Virus record (IMG/VR): IMGVR_UViG_3300045988_022519
Location: 1-57,776 of that record
Direction: 5' to 3' (one strand)
Origin: a virus
DNA: 57,776 nucleotides
Shown: one piece after another, positions 5,880 through 15,800 of the stretch
Position numbering within the stretch: the stretch's first letter is position 1
Layout: each line of letters begins with the position of its first letter
Notes under the pieces: model-generated
Databases searched by the model: none
What the model saw: only the letters and a program-made list of their open reading frames with translations
Told to the model about the DNA's origin: nothing
Translations under genes and position numbers: made by a program

Positions 5880-8800
5880 TCACACCTCCGGAGAATACTT
5901 TAATGCCATGTGACCATCCGATCGTGGCTGCCATACGAAATTTCCGATACGGAACGATTGCAGAACTTCAGCATTTGATATACGCATTTTATCATTTGAA
6001 ACGGATGCGACTTCGATATTATTCGAAGTAAATGACAATTTTGTATTCGTCAAACGCATCTTATTCGGACTTGATGAATTTCCCATATCCATGTATGGAT
6101 TCGATGCATCTTGTCCGAATTGAATATACGATTCTCGTAATTTTATTTCGTTATTAACTGAATCGCTCAAATGTTGTTGGGAATCCTGTATATCACTCAG
6201 GTTTTTATTTGTTGCATTAACATATCCAGTATAATCATCATTTGAAACCTTGTTGGCAATATCGGTAGCCTGATTCTGCACCGTATTCGTGAGATCGTTT
6301 ATAGTATCTTCAGGAGCCGCGGTCCATGGAGTCATACTATTTCCAGGTTCGAGCTTCATCTCACGAATGGTCACGTTACCTTTGGCATTATCCAATCGAA
6401 CAGCAATTCCTTTTACATTCGAATGATTAGTATTTGAAATGTAAAAATGTTTCGAATATGTCTGTTCACTGGTTCCGATATTGATATTAGTAATGCCATC
6501 GCCCATGCCCCATGGATTATCATTCCATTGCGGAAGTGCAGTTCCGCCAGCCGTATCCGACTTTATTTTGAACTGAATATTATACATACCAGCCGGGAGA
6601 TTGCTAAGATTTCCAGCGGCTAAATTGTACATTGCGACGGTTTGATTCGCAGCTTCATTACCGGTTACGACGGTCGGAACACTCGTTTTGAGGAGAAGGT
6701 TCTGTCCACCGACCGATTGCGAATTCTGGAATGCGATCGTCACCTTGTCGTTTGTCTGCGTCAGTTGGGACTGGGTCGCATAGTTCTTCATATCGGCTTT
6801 AGTCTGATAGGTCTTCGACACAGTCGTTGTAATGCTGTCCTTTGCGACCGTGATATCGGATTTCGTGGCCAGACCGGATCCATCAGCGCCCTTGTAATTC
6901 TGAACGACGCCGAGCGCCACCGATTTTGCTGTTTGGTCGACATATGACTTGTTTGCGTAAGCAGACATTCCATCTTTAGTCTGATATGTTTCAGCGACAG
7001 TAGTTTTAAAACCGTTTAGATTCTGTTCCACGGAAGAAACTCGATTGGATGTCGCGGCGGCCTCGGTGATATCACGGAATGCGACGTCATCCCACATAAT
7101 GGTTCCATTGGTTAGGTGCATCACCTCGATTTTGACCGAAGTGATCGAACCATCATCGGGGCATTTCCAATCGACATGTGTTTCCGACCATGACATTGAT
7201 TTGCTGCATGGAGCTTCGGCGATAAATGATCCGTCAGGTTTTGCCAATCTGAGTTTTTCACTGGACGGATTAACGTTCGATGGGACTGACAAATACCAGG
7301 CACAGTATCCCGACAGGCGATACGTGCGTCCCTTGGTGACCGGTATCGTGGTGGCTGATCCAGCCATACCTTTCTCATGAGTCAATGGGCATCGGTAATC
7401 TCCGGTGGCCGCATCGCAGACTAGGACATGTTTGCCATGATAGAATGATCCGATAGAAATACGGAATGGGTTCTTAAGTCCCTTCCACCATTCAGTCGAT
7501 TCAAAACCGCCATCTGTGATGAGGTTGTCACCTGCAAGTGCCGCATCGACAAGGTTAGCGGTTTGACTGATAGTGGCCTTATTGCTGTCAGCGGTACTCT
7601 TAGCCTCATTGGCTGTCTTGACGGTTGCATCGAGTGTCTTACCCTGTTCAGTGATCTTGGTCGAGAGACCCGAAGCGGTCTGTTCCACTGTAGTGGCTTT
7701 AGACATTGCACCATTTGCTGTCTTAGAGACCTCAGTGACCTGAGCTTTAATGGAATTCGCTGTCTGGTTTAATGCACTGGTTGTGGCGTAGTCCGCCATT
7801 CCAGATTTAGTCTGATATGTTTCAGCGACAGTAGTTTTAAAACCGTTTAGATTGGCTTCGAGACTCGTCGCCTTATCAACGGCACTTTGAGCGGTCTTCG
7901 CGTTTGCCGTAATGTTCGCACTAAGCGAATCGGAAGTCGCCTTCAGGCTCGTCTGGGTTGCATAAATGGCATCGTTCTGCGCTTTAGTATTGTAATTCTT
8001 CGACAGATTCAGAGTGACAGCATCTGCGGTCTGCTGAGCCTTCGATGCAGCTGTAACGGCACCATCGGCGGTTCCCTGCGCCTTGGTTACTTCTGCGGAA
8101 ATGCTATCCGAAGTCGCCTTCAGACTTGTCTTGGTCGCATATATCGTATCTGCCTGGGATTTTGTCTGGTAATTCTTTGTCAGATTTACGGAAATGCCAT
8201 CGGCGGTCTGCTGTGCCTTCGACGCGGCTGTCACTGCGCTATTCGCGGTTGTCTTGACCGACTCGACATTCGCCGTAATGGATTCCGCGGTCTGAGTCAG
8301 AGAACTCTTGGTCGCATATGTCTCGGGAATATCGATCTTCAGCTTATCGACATCGCCTTGAGCCTTGTTCGCACTGGATTGTGCGGCATCGGCTGCGTTC
8401 TTCGCTGTGGCCGCATTGCTGACTGCGGTATTTGCCGTCGATTGGGCCTTACCTGCGGCAGTGTTCGCTGCCGTTGCGGACGCCTGTGCATTGTTTGCAG
8501 AAGTCTGTGCCTTGGATGCATCCTCCAATGCCTTGGTGACGTCGGTATCCTGATTCAGTTCCCAAGTATATGTCACACCATCGTCAGAACCGAAACGATA
8601 TGCCTTACCGGTTGATTTGTCGTAATACAGATCACCGGAGTGCTTCTTCTTATCGTCGTTTGTGGTCCAGTCCGAAGCCGGCTTGTTCTCAAGTGTCGGA
8701 ACACCGGTTCCTCTCCATGATTCGATGGCGTTATCAGCAACGTTCTGGAGAGCGGACAATGCATCCTTCGTGGCATATGTCTTTGAGACCGAAGCCGTAA

Positions 8801-10982
8801 TGGAATCCGAAGTCTGCTTCAGATTCGACTGGGTCGCATAGATCTTATCGGCATCAGCCTTGGTCTGATACTCGGTCCTCAGAGTCGTGCTGATCTGATT
8901 GGCCGTCTGCACAGCTGCGGAAGACTGCTTGAGCGAATCAGTTGCAGTCTTGCTTGCTGATTCGGCAGTTGTCTTCGCAGCGGTTGCGGTCTGGGTCGCA
9001 GTGGTGCTCTGGGTAAGAGCGGTCTGCGAATCCTTGTATGCAGATGTGGCAGTGGTTGATGCCTCGGTAGCGGTCTGTTTGGCCTCCGTGGAGACACTTA
9101 GAGCACTTTCGGACTTCTTGACAGCATTGGTGACTTTCGTCGTCAGTTCGCCGAGCTCGGTGGTGTGCTGTTCGATGACTGCATTCGCGGAATCGAGATC
9201 TGATGCGACGTTCTCGGCCTTGGACTGTGCTTCGGCCGCGGCCTGTTTCGCTGCGATGGCCTTTGCATCGACGGCCTTGATGGATTTGTCCAGATCGACG
9301 GTTGATGCATTGGCTTTGTCGGCCGCCTTCTGGGCTGCATCTGCTGCGGACTGTGCTTTGTTGGCGGATGTTTGGGCGGCTTCGACTGCTGTATCCATTT
9401 CGGACTTCACATTTTGAACCTGCTGAGTAAGATCGGTTCTTACCTGATCCGCTTTAGCTGATGCGGCTTCGACCTGCTTGTCGATCTCTGCTGTCTTTTT
9501 CTTCAGTTCCTCAGCTGCCTTGTTCGCAGAATCGGCTGTTGTCTTGGCCTCAGTTGCGGTCTTAGATGCTTCAGTTGCCGTAGTTTGAGCTTTATTTGCT
9601 GTGGTGTTGGCAGTATTAGCAGTCGATTGAGCTTTGTTTGCTGTAGTATTGGCATTGAATGCATCTTCAGTTGCTTTTTGAGCTTTATCGTTTGCCTTCA
9701 CAGCTGTATTATTAGCAGCATCCGCAGTCTTGTTAGCAGTATCAGCAAGTTTGGCAGCTGCTTTTCCATAGCTCATAGCGGTATTGACATCTTCATAGTT
9801 TCTGTCAATGCTGCTATTGATTTGCTTTAGATAATTGGATTGACGACCAACGAGACTAACGTATTCGTCACCGAATGTATATGTTGTTTGAGATGGATCA
9901 TTCAAATCCAATTCCATTTCAGACAGCATAAAATAGTCATCCAAATTATGTCGGGCGGAACGAACTCGACACGCATCACCAATGTTCAGTTGTTCATATC
10001 CCGGATATGCAATCGACAGATCAATTGCTTTTGTTTCGATCGTGACTTTTGGAGACATCTGAAGTCTAAGCTGAAGAACCGCAGCTTTCAGAAGATTTGA
10101 AGGATCCAAAATATCATTATTGCTATAATAATATTCCCGATAACCATAACGTTTCGTTGCCGATAGCGAATATACGCAATCACCAGATTTTACTATATCC
10201 GAATCGGTATCAAAAGTGTTATCAGGAAGATTTTTGATGTTAATTGGTTTTGGATCCTTAGTATCTCCTTCTTTCTTTTCAGGAGTTCCGCCTCTAGGGA
10301 TCACAACCGTATAAAGTTCGTCATCATTTTCTTTATACGAAATTGAAAGAATATTCGATCCAAAATCAATAATCTGACTATTTGTAGAATGAACATCTGC
10401 ATACAGATTTAGAATGTTTCTATCATCTTTATATTCTACAAATAGATATCCGCCAAGACTGTCCAATACTTTATCATTGATTTCATCAAGAGTTGTTGGA
10501 TAGCCATCATTGGATCGAAGAATATAATCGTTTTTATCTAATGCAGCACCTTGATTCACTCCGACTTCAAAACGTTCGGATGCATCCTTGACATGAAGAT
10601 TATGCTGATCGATAAGCCATTGGAAATATCCCTCGACCGATGTCGGAGCTGTCAGATCAGCGTCACCAGGAACCGTTGAGTAACTACGAACACGAGTATG
10701 ATTCAAATATTGAAGTACCGAATTACAAGCTACAATTTTATATCCATAGTCATCAATTTCAATTTCGTTTATTTTTCCACGAAATTTAAGAACATTATCC
10801 GAATAAAATTCGACTAGTCCTTTATCTTTTTCAATGGTATTATACAATGGATGATTTGGAGCAATCGAGAAATCCAAATATGAAACAGAATTAGATTTAC
10901 CAGTATACTTAGCATCTGTAATTGCCGTAGATTGCATATAAGGATCAAACAAAATTTTCGAATCATATGTTAACTGGTACAT
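5880..10982 (-). CDS. Tail-associated (Tal, prophage-tail N-terminal domain) / tail fibre protein, about 1700 aa
   Basis: N-terminus resembles siphovirus Tal (Prophage_tail). Long Ala/Thr/Lys/Gln coiled-coil repeats and a CBM4/9-like module (NLITDGGFESTEWWKG). ATG at 10982 has AAGGAG 5 nt upstream; the ORF track starts at TTG 10985. Confidence 0.75.
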   Translation of the reverse strand: MYQLTYDSKILFDPYMQSTAITDAKYTGKSNSVSYLDFSIAPNHPLYNTIEKDKGLVEFYSDNVLKFRGKINEIEIDDYGYKIVACNSVLQYLNHTRVRSYSTVPGDADLTAPTSVEGYFQWLIDQHNLHVKDASERFEVGVNQGAALDKNDYILRSNDGYPTTLDEINDKVLDSLGGYLFVEYKDDRNILNLYADVHSTNSQIIDFGSNILSISYKENDDELYTVVIPRGGTPEKKEGDTKDPKPINIKNLPDNTFDTDSDIVKSGDCVYSLSATKRYGYREYYYSNNDILDPSNLLKAAVLQLRLQMSPKVTIETKAIDLSIAYPGYEQLNIGDACRVRSARHNLDDYFMLSEMELDLNDPSQTTYTFGDEYVSLVGRQSNYLKQINSSIDRNYEDVNTAMSYGKAAAKLADTANKTADAANNTAVKANDKAQKATEDAFNANTTANKAQSTANTANTTANKAQTTATEASKTATEAKTTADSANKAAEELKKKTAEIDKQVEAASAKADQVRTDLTQQVQNVKSEMDTAVEAAQTSANKAQSAADAAQKAADKANASTVDLDKSIKAVDAKAIAAKQAAAEAQSKAENVASDLDSANAVIEQHTTELGELTTKVTNAVKKSESALSVSTEAKQTATEASTTATSAYKDSQTALTQSTTATQTATAAKTTAESASKTATDSLKQSSAAVQTANQISTTLRTEYQTKADADKIYATQSNLKQTSDSITASVSKTYATKDALSALQNVADNAIESWRGTGVPTLENKPASDWTTNDDKKKHSGDLYYDKSTGKAYRFGSDDGVTYTWELNQDTDVTKALEDASKAQTSANNAQASATAANTAAGKAQSTANTAVSNAATAKNAADAAQSSANKAQGDVDKLKIDIPETYATKSSLTQTAESITANVESVKTTANSAVTAASKAQQTADGISVNLTKNYQTKSQADTIYATKTSLKATSDSISAEVTKAQGTADGAVTAASKAQQTADAVTLNLSKNYNTKAQNDAIYATQTSLKATSDSLSANITANAKTAQSAVDKATSLEANLNGFKTTVAETYQTKSGMADYATTSALNQTANSIKAQVTEVSKTANGAMSKATTVEQTASGLSTKITEQGKTLDATVKTANEAKSTADSNKATISQTANLVDAALAGDNLITDGGFESTEWWKGLKNPFRISIGSFYHGKHVLVCDAATGDYRCPLTHEKGMAGSATTIPVTKGRTYRLSGYCAWYLSVPSNVNPSSEKLRLAKPDGSFIAEAPCSKSMSWSETHVDWKCPDDGSITSVKIEVMHLTNGTIMWDDVAFRDITEAAATSNRVSSVEQNLNGFKTTVAETYQTKDGMSAYANKSYVDQTAKSVALGVVQNYKGADGSGLATKSDITVAKDSITTTVSKTYQTKADMKNYATQSQLTQTNDKVTIAFQNSQSVGGQNLLLKTSVPTVVTGNEAANQTVAMYNLAAGNLSNLPAGMYNIQFKIKSDTAGGTALPQWNDNPWGMGDGITNINIGTSEQTYSKHFYISNTNHSNVKGIAVRLDNAKGNVTIREMKLEPGNSMTPWTAAPEDTINDLTNTVQNQATDIANKVSNDDYTGYVNATNKNLSDIQDSQQHLSDSVNNEIKLRESYIQFGQDASNPYMDMGNSSSPNKMRLTNTKLSFTSNNIEVASVSNDKMRISNAEVLQSFRIGNFVWQPRSDGHMALKYSPEV
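6975..7022. repeat. 48-nt perfect direct repeat (copy 1) inside the fibre gene
   Basis: tttagtctgatatgtttcagcgacagtagttttaaaaccgtttagatt, identical to 7806-7853; encodes NLNGFKTTVAETYQTK. Confidence 0.9.
7806..7853. repeat. 48-nt perfect direct repeat (copy 2) inside the fibre gene
   Basis: Identical to 6975-7022; the two copies are 831 nt apart and bracket the CBM-like module. Confidence 0.9.
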
Positions 10983-10994
10983 CAATTCTCCTTA

Positions 10995-11486
10995 TTATTT
11001 CCAACGTCCAGTTGCATAACAAGAACAATACATGTTATTAAACGTAGACTTATTTGGATTTGCGTAATAGAAACTTCCAGAATTCGTTTTGCTTACCGAA
11101 GAAACATTTGGAGTATTGCTTCCACCCATTCCAATCCATCCGGCCATTCCACCATAATCGGCTTTAACAAGAGAGACTGTAAAGAATGGAATTTCAATAA
11201 AGGCAACCGGGAATGCACCAAATGTCAAAGCGCCACCAACATAAATTCCTTGAGCGGAACCCCATTGTGTTGAAGTGGTGTAGGTTCCAAAATTATGTGC
11301 ATCAACACCACATTCAAGACGGCCCGATCGCCATTTACGATACCACCAATCACCTTTTGTTCCATATTCGATGACACCATCTGCCAAACTCTCATCGAAT
11401 TTATCGAATGCTTTATTTATTGGATCGGGAATGATGTAATCGGATTCATTAATTTTGGTAATACCAAGATTTTTAGTTGCTGTCAT
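10995..11486 (-). CDS. Small tail-tip/fibre-like protein (163 aa)
   Basis: N-terminus (ITKINESDYIIPDPINKAFDKFDESL) is related to that of 11494-11934; lies between Dit and Tal. Confidence 0.45.
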   Translation of the reverse strand: MTATKNLGITKINESDYIIPDPINKAFDKFDESLADGVIEYGTKGDWWYRKWRSGRLECGVDAHNFGTYTTSTQWGSAQGIYVGGALTFGAFPVAFIEIPFFTVSLVKADYGGMAGWIGMGGSNTPNVSSVSKTNSGSFYYANPNKSTFNNMYCSCYATGRWK

Positions 11487-11493
11487 GTTTTAC

Positions 11494-11934
11494 TCATTTC
11501 GAAGAAATATACATAAAAGTCTCAATAAATCCGTAGTTGCTTTGTGCTCCACCTGAATTTTGATAGGACATTGCTCCATTCGGATCTATATGAATATACT
11601 TCATATTTGCACCATCTCGTCCAGCATGAGTGTAAGTGCAATGAACTGCAGGTCTCCAAGCTTTTGGCAATGTTCCGATATTTTCACTACCCCAGCCCTG
11701 ATTATTGGAATGATTGACAGTTAAAGTCAACTGTACAATTCTACCGAACTTGATTCCAACGACTTTACAATTGGAAGTGGAAATAAGTGTTGTCGATCCA
11801 GTAAATGCAGTATCCAAATTTTCAATTTTGGATTGCAATGCGTCGACCGCACTTTTAACATTATTGAAATTATTATTAATCGGTGTTGGACTAATATGAT
11901 CAGTACCATTAATTGTCGTAATCTCGACAGCCAT
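11494..11934 (-). CDS. Small tail-tip/fibre-like protein (146 aa)
   Basis: N-terminus INGTDHISPTPINNNFNNVKSAVDAL is paralogous to 10995-11486. Confidence 0.45.
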   Translation of the reverse strand: MAVEITTINGTDHISPTPINNNFNNVKSAVDALQSKIENLDTAFTGSTTLISTSNCKVVGIKFGRIVQLTLTVNHSNNQGWGSENIGTLPKAWRPAVHCTYTHAGRDGANMKYIHIDPNGAMSYQNSGGAQSNYGFIETFMYISSK

Positions 11935-12857
11935 TATAGATCCTTTACATCATATTCAATACGAATCGTTGCATCTGATGGGACGTTATTTTGATATTGA
12001 TAATTTAAATCATTCCATGACTTTGAAGAAATATCGGCATTGTCCCATGTTTCATCTGAAATATCATTCCAACGTGTGACATTTGTATAATTATCCTTGA
12101 CCCAACGCTGAACATCAGACCAACGATAATTGCGACGCTTTGCTTCCGCATACGTCAGACCAATAACTTCAGAACTGATTGGTAAATGACGTGCATCATG
12201 CCATGTTGTTGAAGTGATTCGGTATGTATTGAAATAGATTCTATTGATACCTTCAACAAATAGAACATTTGATAAACGATGAGATCCCTTTGGAACATAA
12301 AATGAATCGCCATTAAAATTGCATAGAACTTCATAGTTGGTTGTGATAATTGGACGCACTTTCTTTCTGCCGGAAGTGCATTCAATAACCTTACCACCTA
12401 TTGCTTCGGTTTCGATTACTCTATGCTCTTTTAATTTATATGGATCGGCACTCACTTTAACTTTCAATGATCCAACTGTTCCACCTTCGACATAAACTGC
12501 ATGACCATATTCTTCGACAGTAAAACGGCCATGATATGTGTATTCCGGATCCATGGTCATCTTATAATCGTATAAACGACCATGAAGGAAATTGGATATC
12601 ATAGTTTTACTACGTTCCCAATCATCTACATCAATAATCGCGAATGTAAATTCCTGTTCACGATTATTATATGCAACATCTCCGGTAAGTCCTTCTGTAA
12701 GATCGATCACACCATCCCCACCAGGAATATCAACCGTATAGGTTTTAGGTTCTGGTGGGGACAAAGTGTAACCATCGAGAAGGATCATGCCGTACTCTGT
12801 AGAAAGGTCAACACCATTTACAATCAAACGATTGTTTGGCAAACCTGGATACTGCAT
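11934..12857 (-). CDS. Distal tail protein (Dit, Sipho_tail-like)
   Basis: 307 aa directly after the tape measure. N-terminus LIVNGVDLSTEYGMILLDGYTLSPPEPKTYTVDIPGGDGVIDLTE is typical of Dit. Confidence 0.7.
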   Translation of the reverse strand: MQYPGLPNNRLIVNGVDLSTEYGMILLDGYTLSPPEPKTYTVDIPGGDGVIDLTEGLTGDVAYNNREQEFTFAIIDVDDWERSKTMISNFLHGRLYDYKMTMDPEYTYHGRFTVEEYGHAVYVEGGTVGSLKVKVSADPYKLKEHRVIETEAIGGKVIECTSGRKKVRPIITTNYEVLCNFNGDSFYVPKGSHRLSNVLFVEGINRIYFNTYRITSTTWHDARHLPISSEVIGLTYAEAKRRNYRWSDVQRWVKDNYTNVTRWNDISDETWDNADISSKSWNDLNYQYQNNVPSDATIRIEYDVKDL

Positions 12858-12859
12858 GA

Positions 12860-15800
12860 TTAAATTCCTCTCCTTTGGCGTAGACCAAGAGCCTGATCCA
12901 TCGGCTTCGCAATAGTCGAGGCAAGTTTCCTGCCATCGATATAAAGCTCAGTCGGAGGTTGCTTGGTGAGATCGATATTGCTTACATCATCCCTCAGTGA
13001 ATTGATCGCATCAGTTACTGTCTGGTTGCTTGCAATCATGTCGGACTGATATTGGCGCAGAATATTCTGATCACTCTTGACATCCATTATATTTCGAGCC
13101 ATTTTAGAACTTACAGACATGCGATAATTACTAGATATCGTATCTATAGAACTTCCAATATTTGAAATATCAATCTTAGGTGTTATGATCGGAGAATATC
13201 CAGACATGAAATCAGTATTCATCACAGCCTGATTTGCAGAATCGAGTGCATTTTTAGCCATGTCGGTTCCTGCAATCTTCACAAGATCAGAATATTTCTT
13301 CATACCATTGGCTAAACCAATTGCTGACCATCGACCGGTCTTGAAGAATTCACGAGATGGTGAATGAACTCCAAGTGTCCTGTTTGCAGCATCCAATGCC
13401 TGCTTTGCAGCTGATACCGCGGCCCTATTTATGATTCCAGAACCATCAGAAAGACCATTTGCGATACCCCGAGCCAAATTCGTACCAGTCGAATAGAAAG
13501 ATTGATAATATGAATTCAGTGAGGAAACGGCTTGACTTATTGCATTAGATGAACTGCTTCCCAAATTCCGAATCTTAGAAATAAAACTATTCTTAAGTCC
13601 ATTTCCAAGATTGCTACCGGCTTGCTTGAAAGATCCAACCATTCCATTTATCGTTGAACATGCTGCATTGAGATTCGATTGAGTGGATGTATTTATTCTG
13701 GATGTACTACTGGCAACATTATTCGCTGCTGTGGTAAATGCACTAGACAAAGAATTCACAGATCCATTTATACTTCCAGTACTTGCAGAAACAGAAGTAG
13801 CGATCTGCATAAATGATCCGCCGATATTCGCAGTCGACAGCGACGCATTTATTGATGCACATGCAGTTTGAATCTGAGCAGCTAAAGTCCCAAGCTGCTC
13901 ACCAATAGTTGTCGTGACATTCGGAATTGTATTGAGAGTGTTTACGAAACTTACAATATTCGAAGCATTGGTTGCGAAATCAATACCCGAAAGTGCACCG
14001 ACTCCATTAGCAAACACAGCCAGAGATTTACCGACTGTGTTCATTTCATTCGCTGCATCGGTCGAACCTGCGAAATTCTTGACACCTTTTGCCATAGTTG
14101 CAAGGTCGGTTCCAATATTCGGAGGTACTGAAACTCCATTCCACTTCTTAACTGAACCAGCAAGATCACCAAGAGGACCAGTTACCTGACCTAGAGACCA
14201 TCCACCAGCAAATGCAAGAGTGAAAGACTTGATGCCATCCGAAAGATTCTGGAGATCACTCTTGATATTCGGAGGTACCGAAACTCCATTCCACTTATTT
14301 ATTGCCGGAGCAAGCTGTCCCATACCAGTAGCAACTGCTGGTAGATTCTCAGCACCCCAACCAGATAAAGTGAATGATTTAACGCCATTGGCAAGATTCT
14401 GCAGATCGGTACTGATGTTCGGTGGAATTGAAATACCATTCCATTTTGACATCGCAGGAGCCAACTGACTCATACCAGTTGCAACTGTTGGAAGATTCTC
14501 AGCGCCCCAACCTGAAAGTGTGAATTTACCAACTCCCGAGGCAAGACCGGACAAATCACTTTCGATATTCTGAGGTACCGAAACACCGCTCCATGCAGAA
14601 ATTGCTGGAGCAAGATTCGTCATACCTGTGGCAACTGCCGGAATATTCTCAGCACCCCATCCAGAAAATGTAAATTTTCCTACTCCGGAAGCAAGAGCAG
14701 AAAGATCAGATTCAAGATTCGGAGGTACCGAAACTCCGTTCCATTTATCAACGGAATCAGCAAGATCGCCCAATGGTTTTGCATATGTTGCAATGGCACC
14801 AGCACCGAATCCCGAAAGAGAATTCATCAATGAACCAAGGCCAGCAGCACCAAGTGCACCACCCATTGCCGCAAGACCACGACCAATCTCGTCCCAAGAC
14901 ATTGATCCGAATTTCTTGAGTGCATCTGCGATGTCACCGAGAGACTGGACTGCAAGGAGAATGGCTCCACCGCCAAGTAGAGCGGGAAGACCTGCCAGAC
15001 TTCCAAGAGCTCCGGTAACAATAGCGATCTCACCAAGAGCACCGCCCATGGCAACGAGACCTCGTCCTACTTCATCCCAGGACATTGATCCCATCTGTTT
15101 AAGTGCATCTGCAATATCGCCAAGAGACTGGACTGCCAGTAATATGGCTCCGCCACCGATAAGAGATGACAATCCTGCAAATTTACCTAAAGCTCCAGTA
15201 ACGATAGCAATCTCACCGAGAGCACCACCCATGGCTGCAAGACCACGACCGATCTCGCTCCAGGACATATTTCCGAGCTTCTCAAGCGATGTAGCGATAT
15301 CCCATAGACCATCACAGACTAGACGAATCGACCCAGCTCCAATGAGTCCGGAAATACCTACAAGTTTACCGAGTGCTCCAGACACAATAGCGATCTCGCC
15401 AAGAGCACCACCCATGGCTGTAAGACCACGACCGATCTCGCTCCAGGACATTCCTCCCATTTTGAGGAGAGCGGTGGAAATGTCATAAAGACCATTAGTA
15501 ACTATTCGAATAGATCCAGCCGCAAAGATACTTGAGAATCCACCGATCTTTCCAAGGGCTGCAAGAACGATACCCATCTCAACAAGAGCACCACCCATGG
15601 CTGCAAGACCGTGTTCGATCTCTTCCCAGGACATTGATCCGAATTTCTTGAGTGCATCTGAGATGTCACCGAGACCGGAAACCACCATAAGAATGGATCC
15701 AGCCGCAAAGATGCTGGAGAATCCACCGATCTTTCCAAGGGCTGCAAGAACGATACCCATCTCAACAAGAGCACCACCCATGGCTGCAAGACCATGTCTG

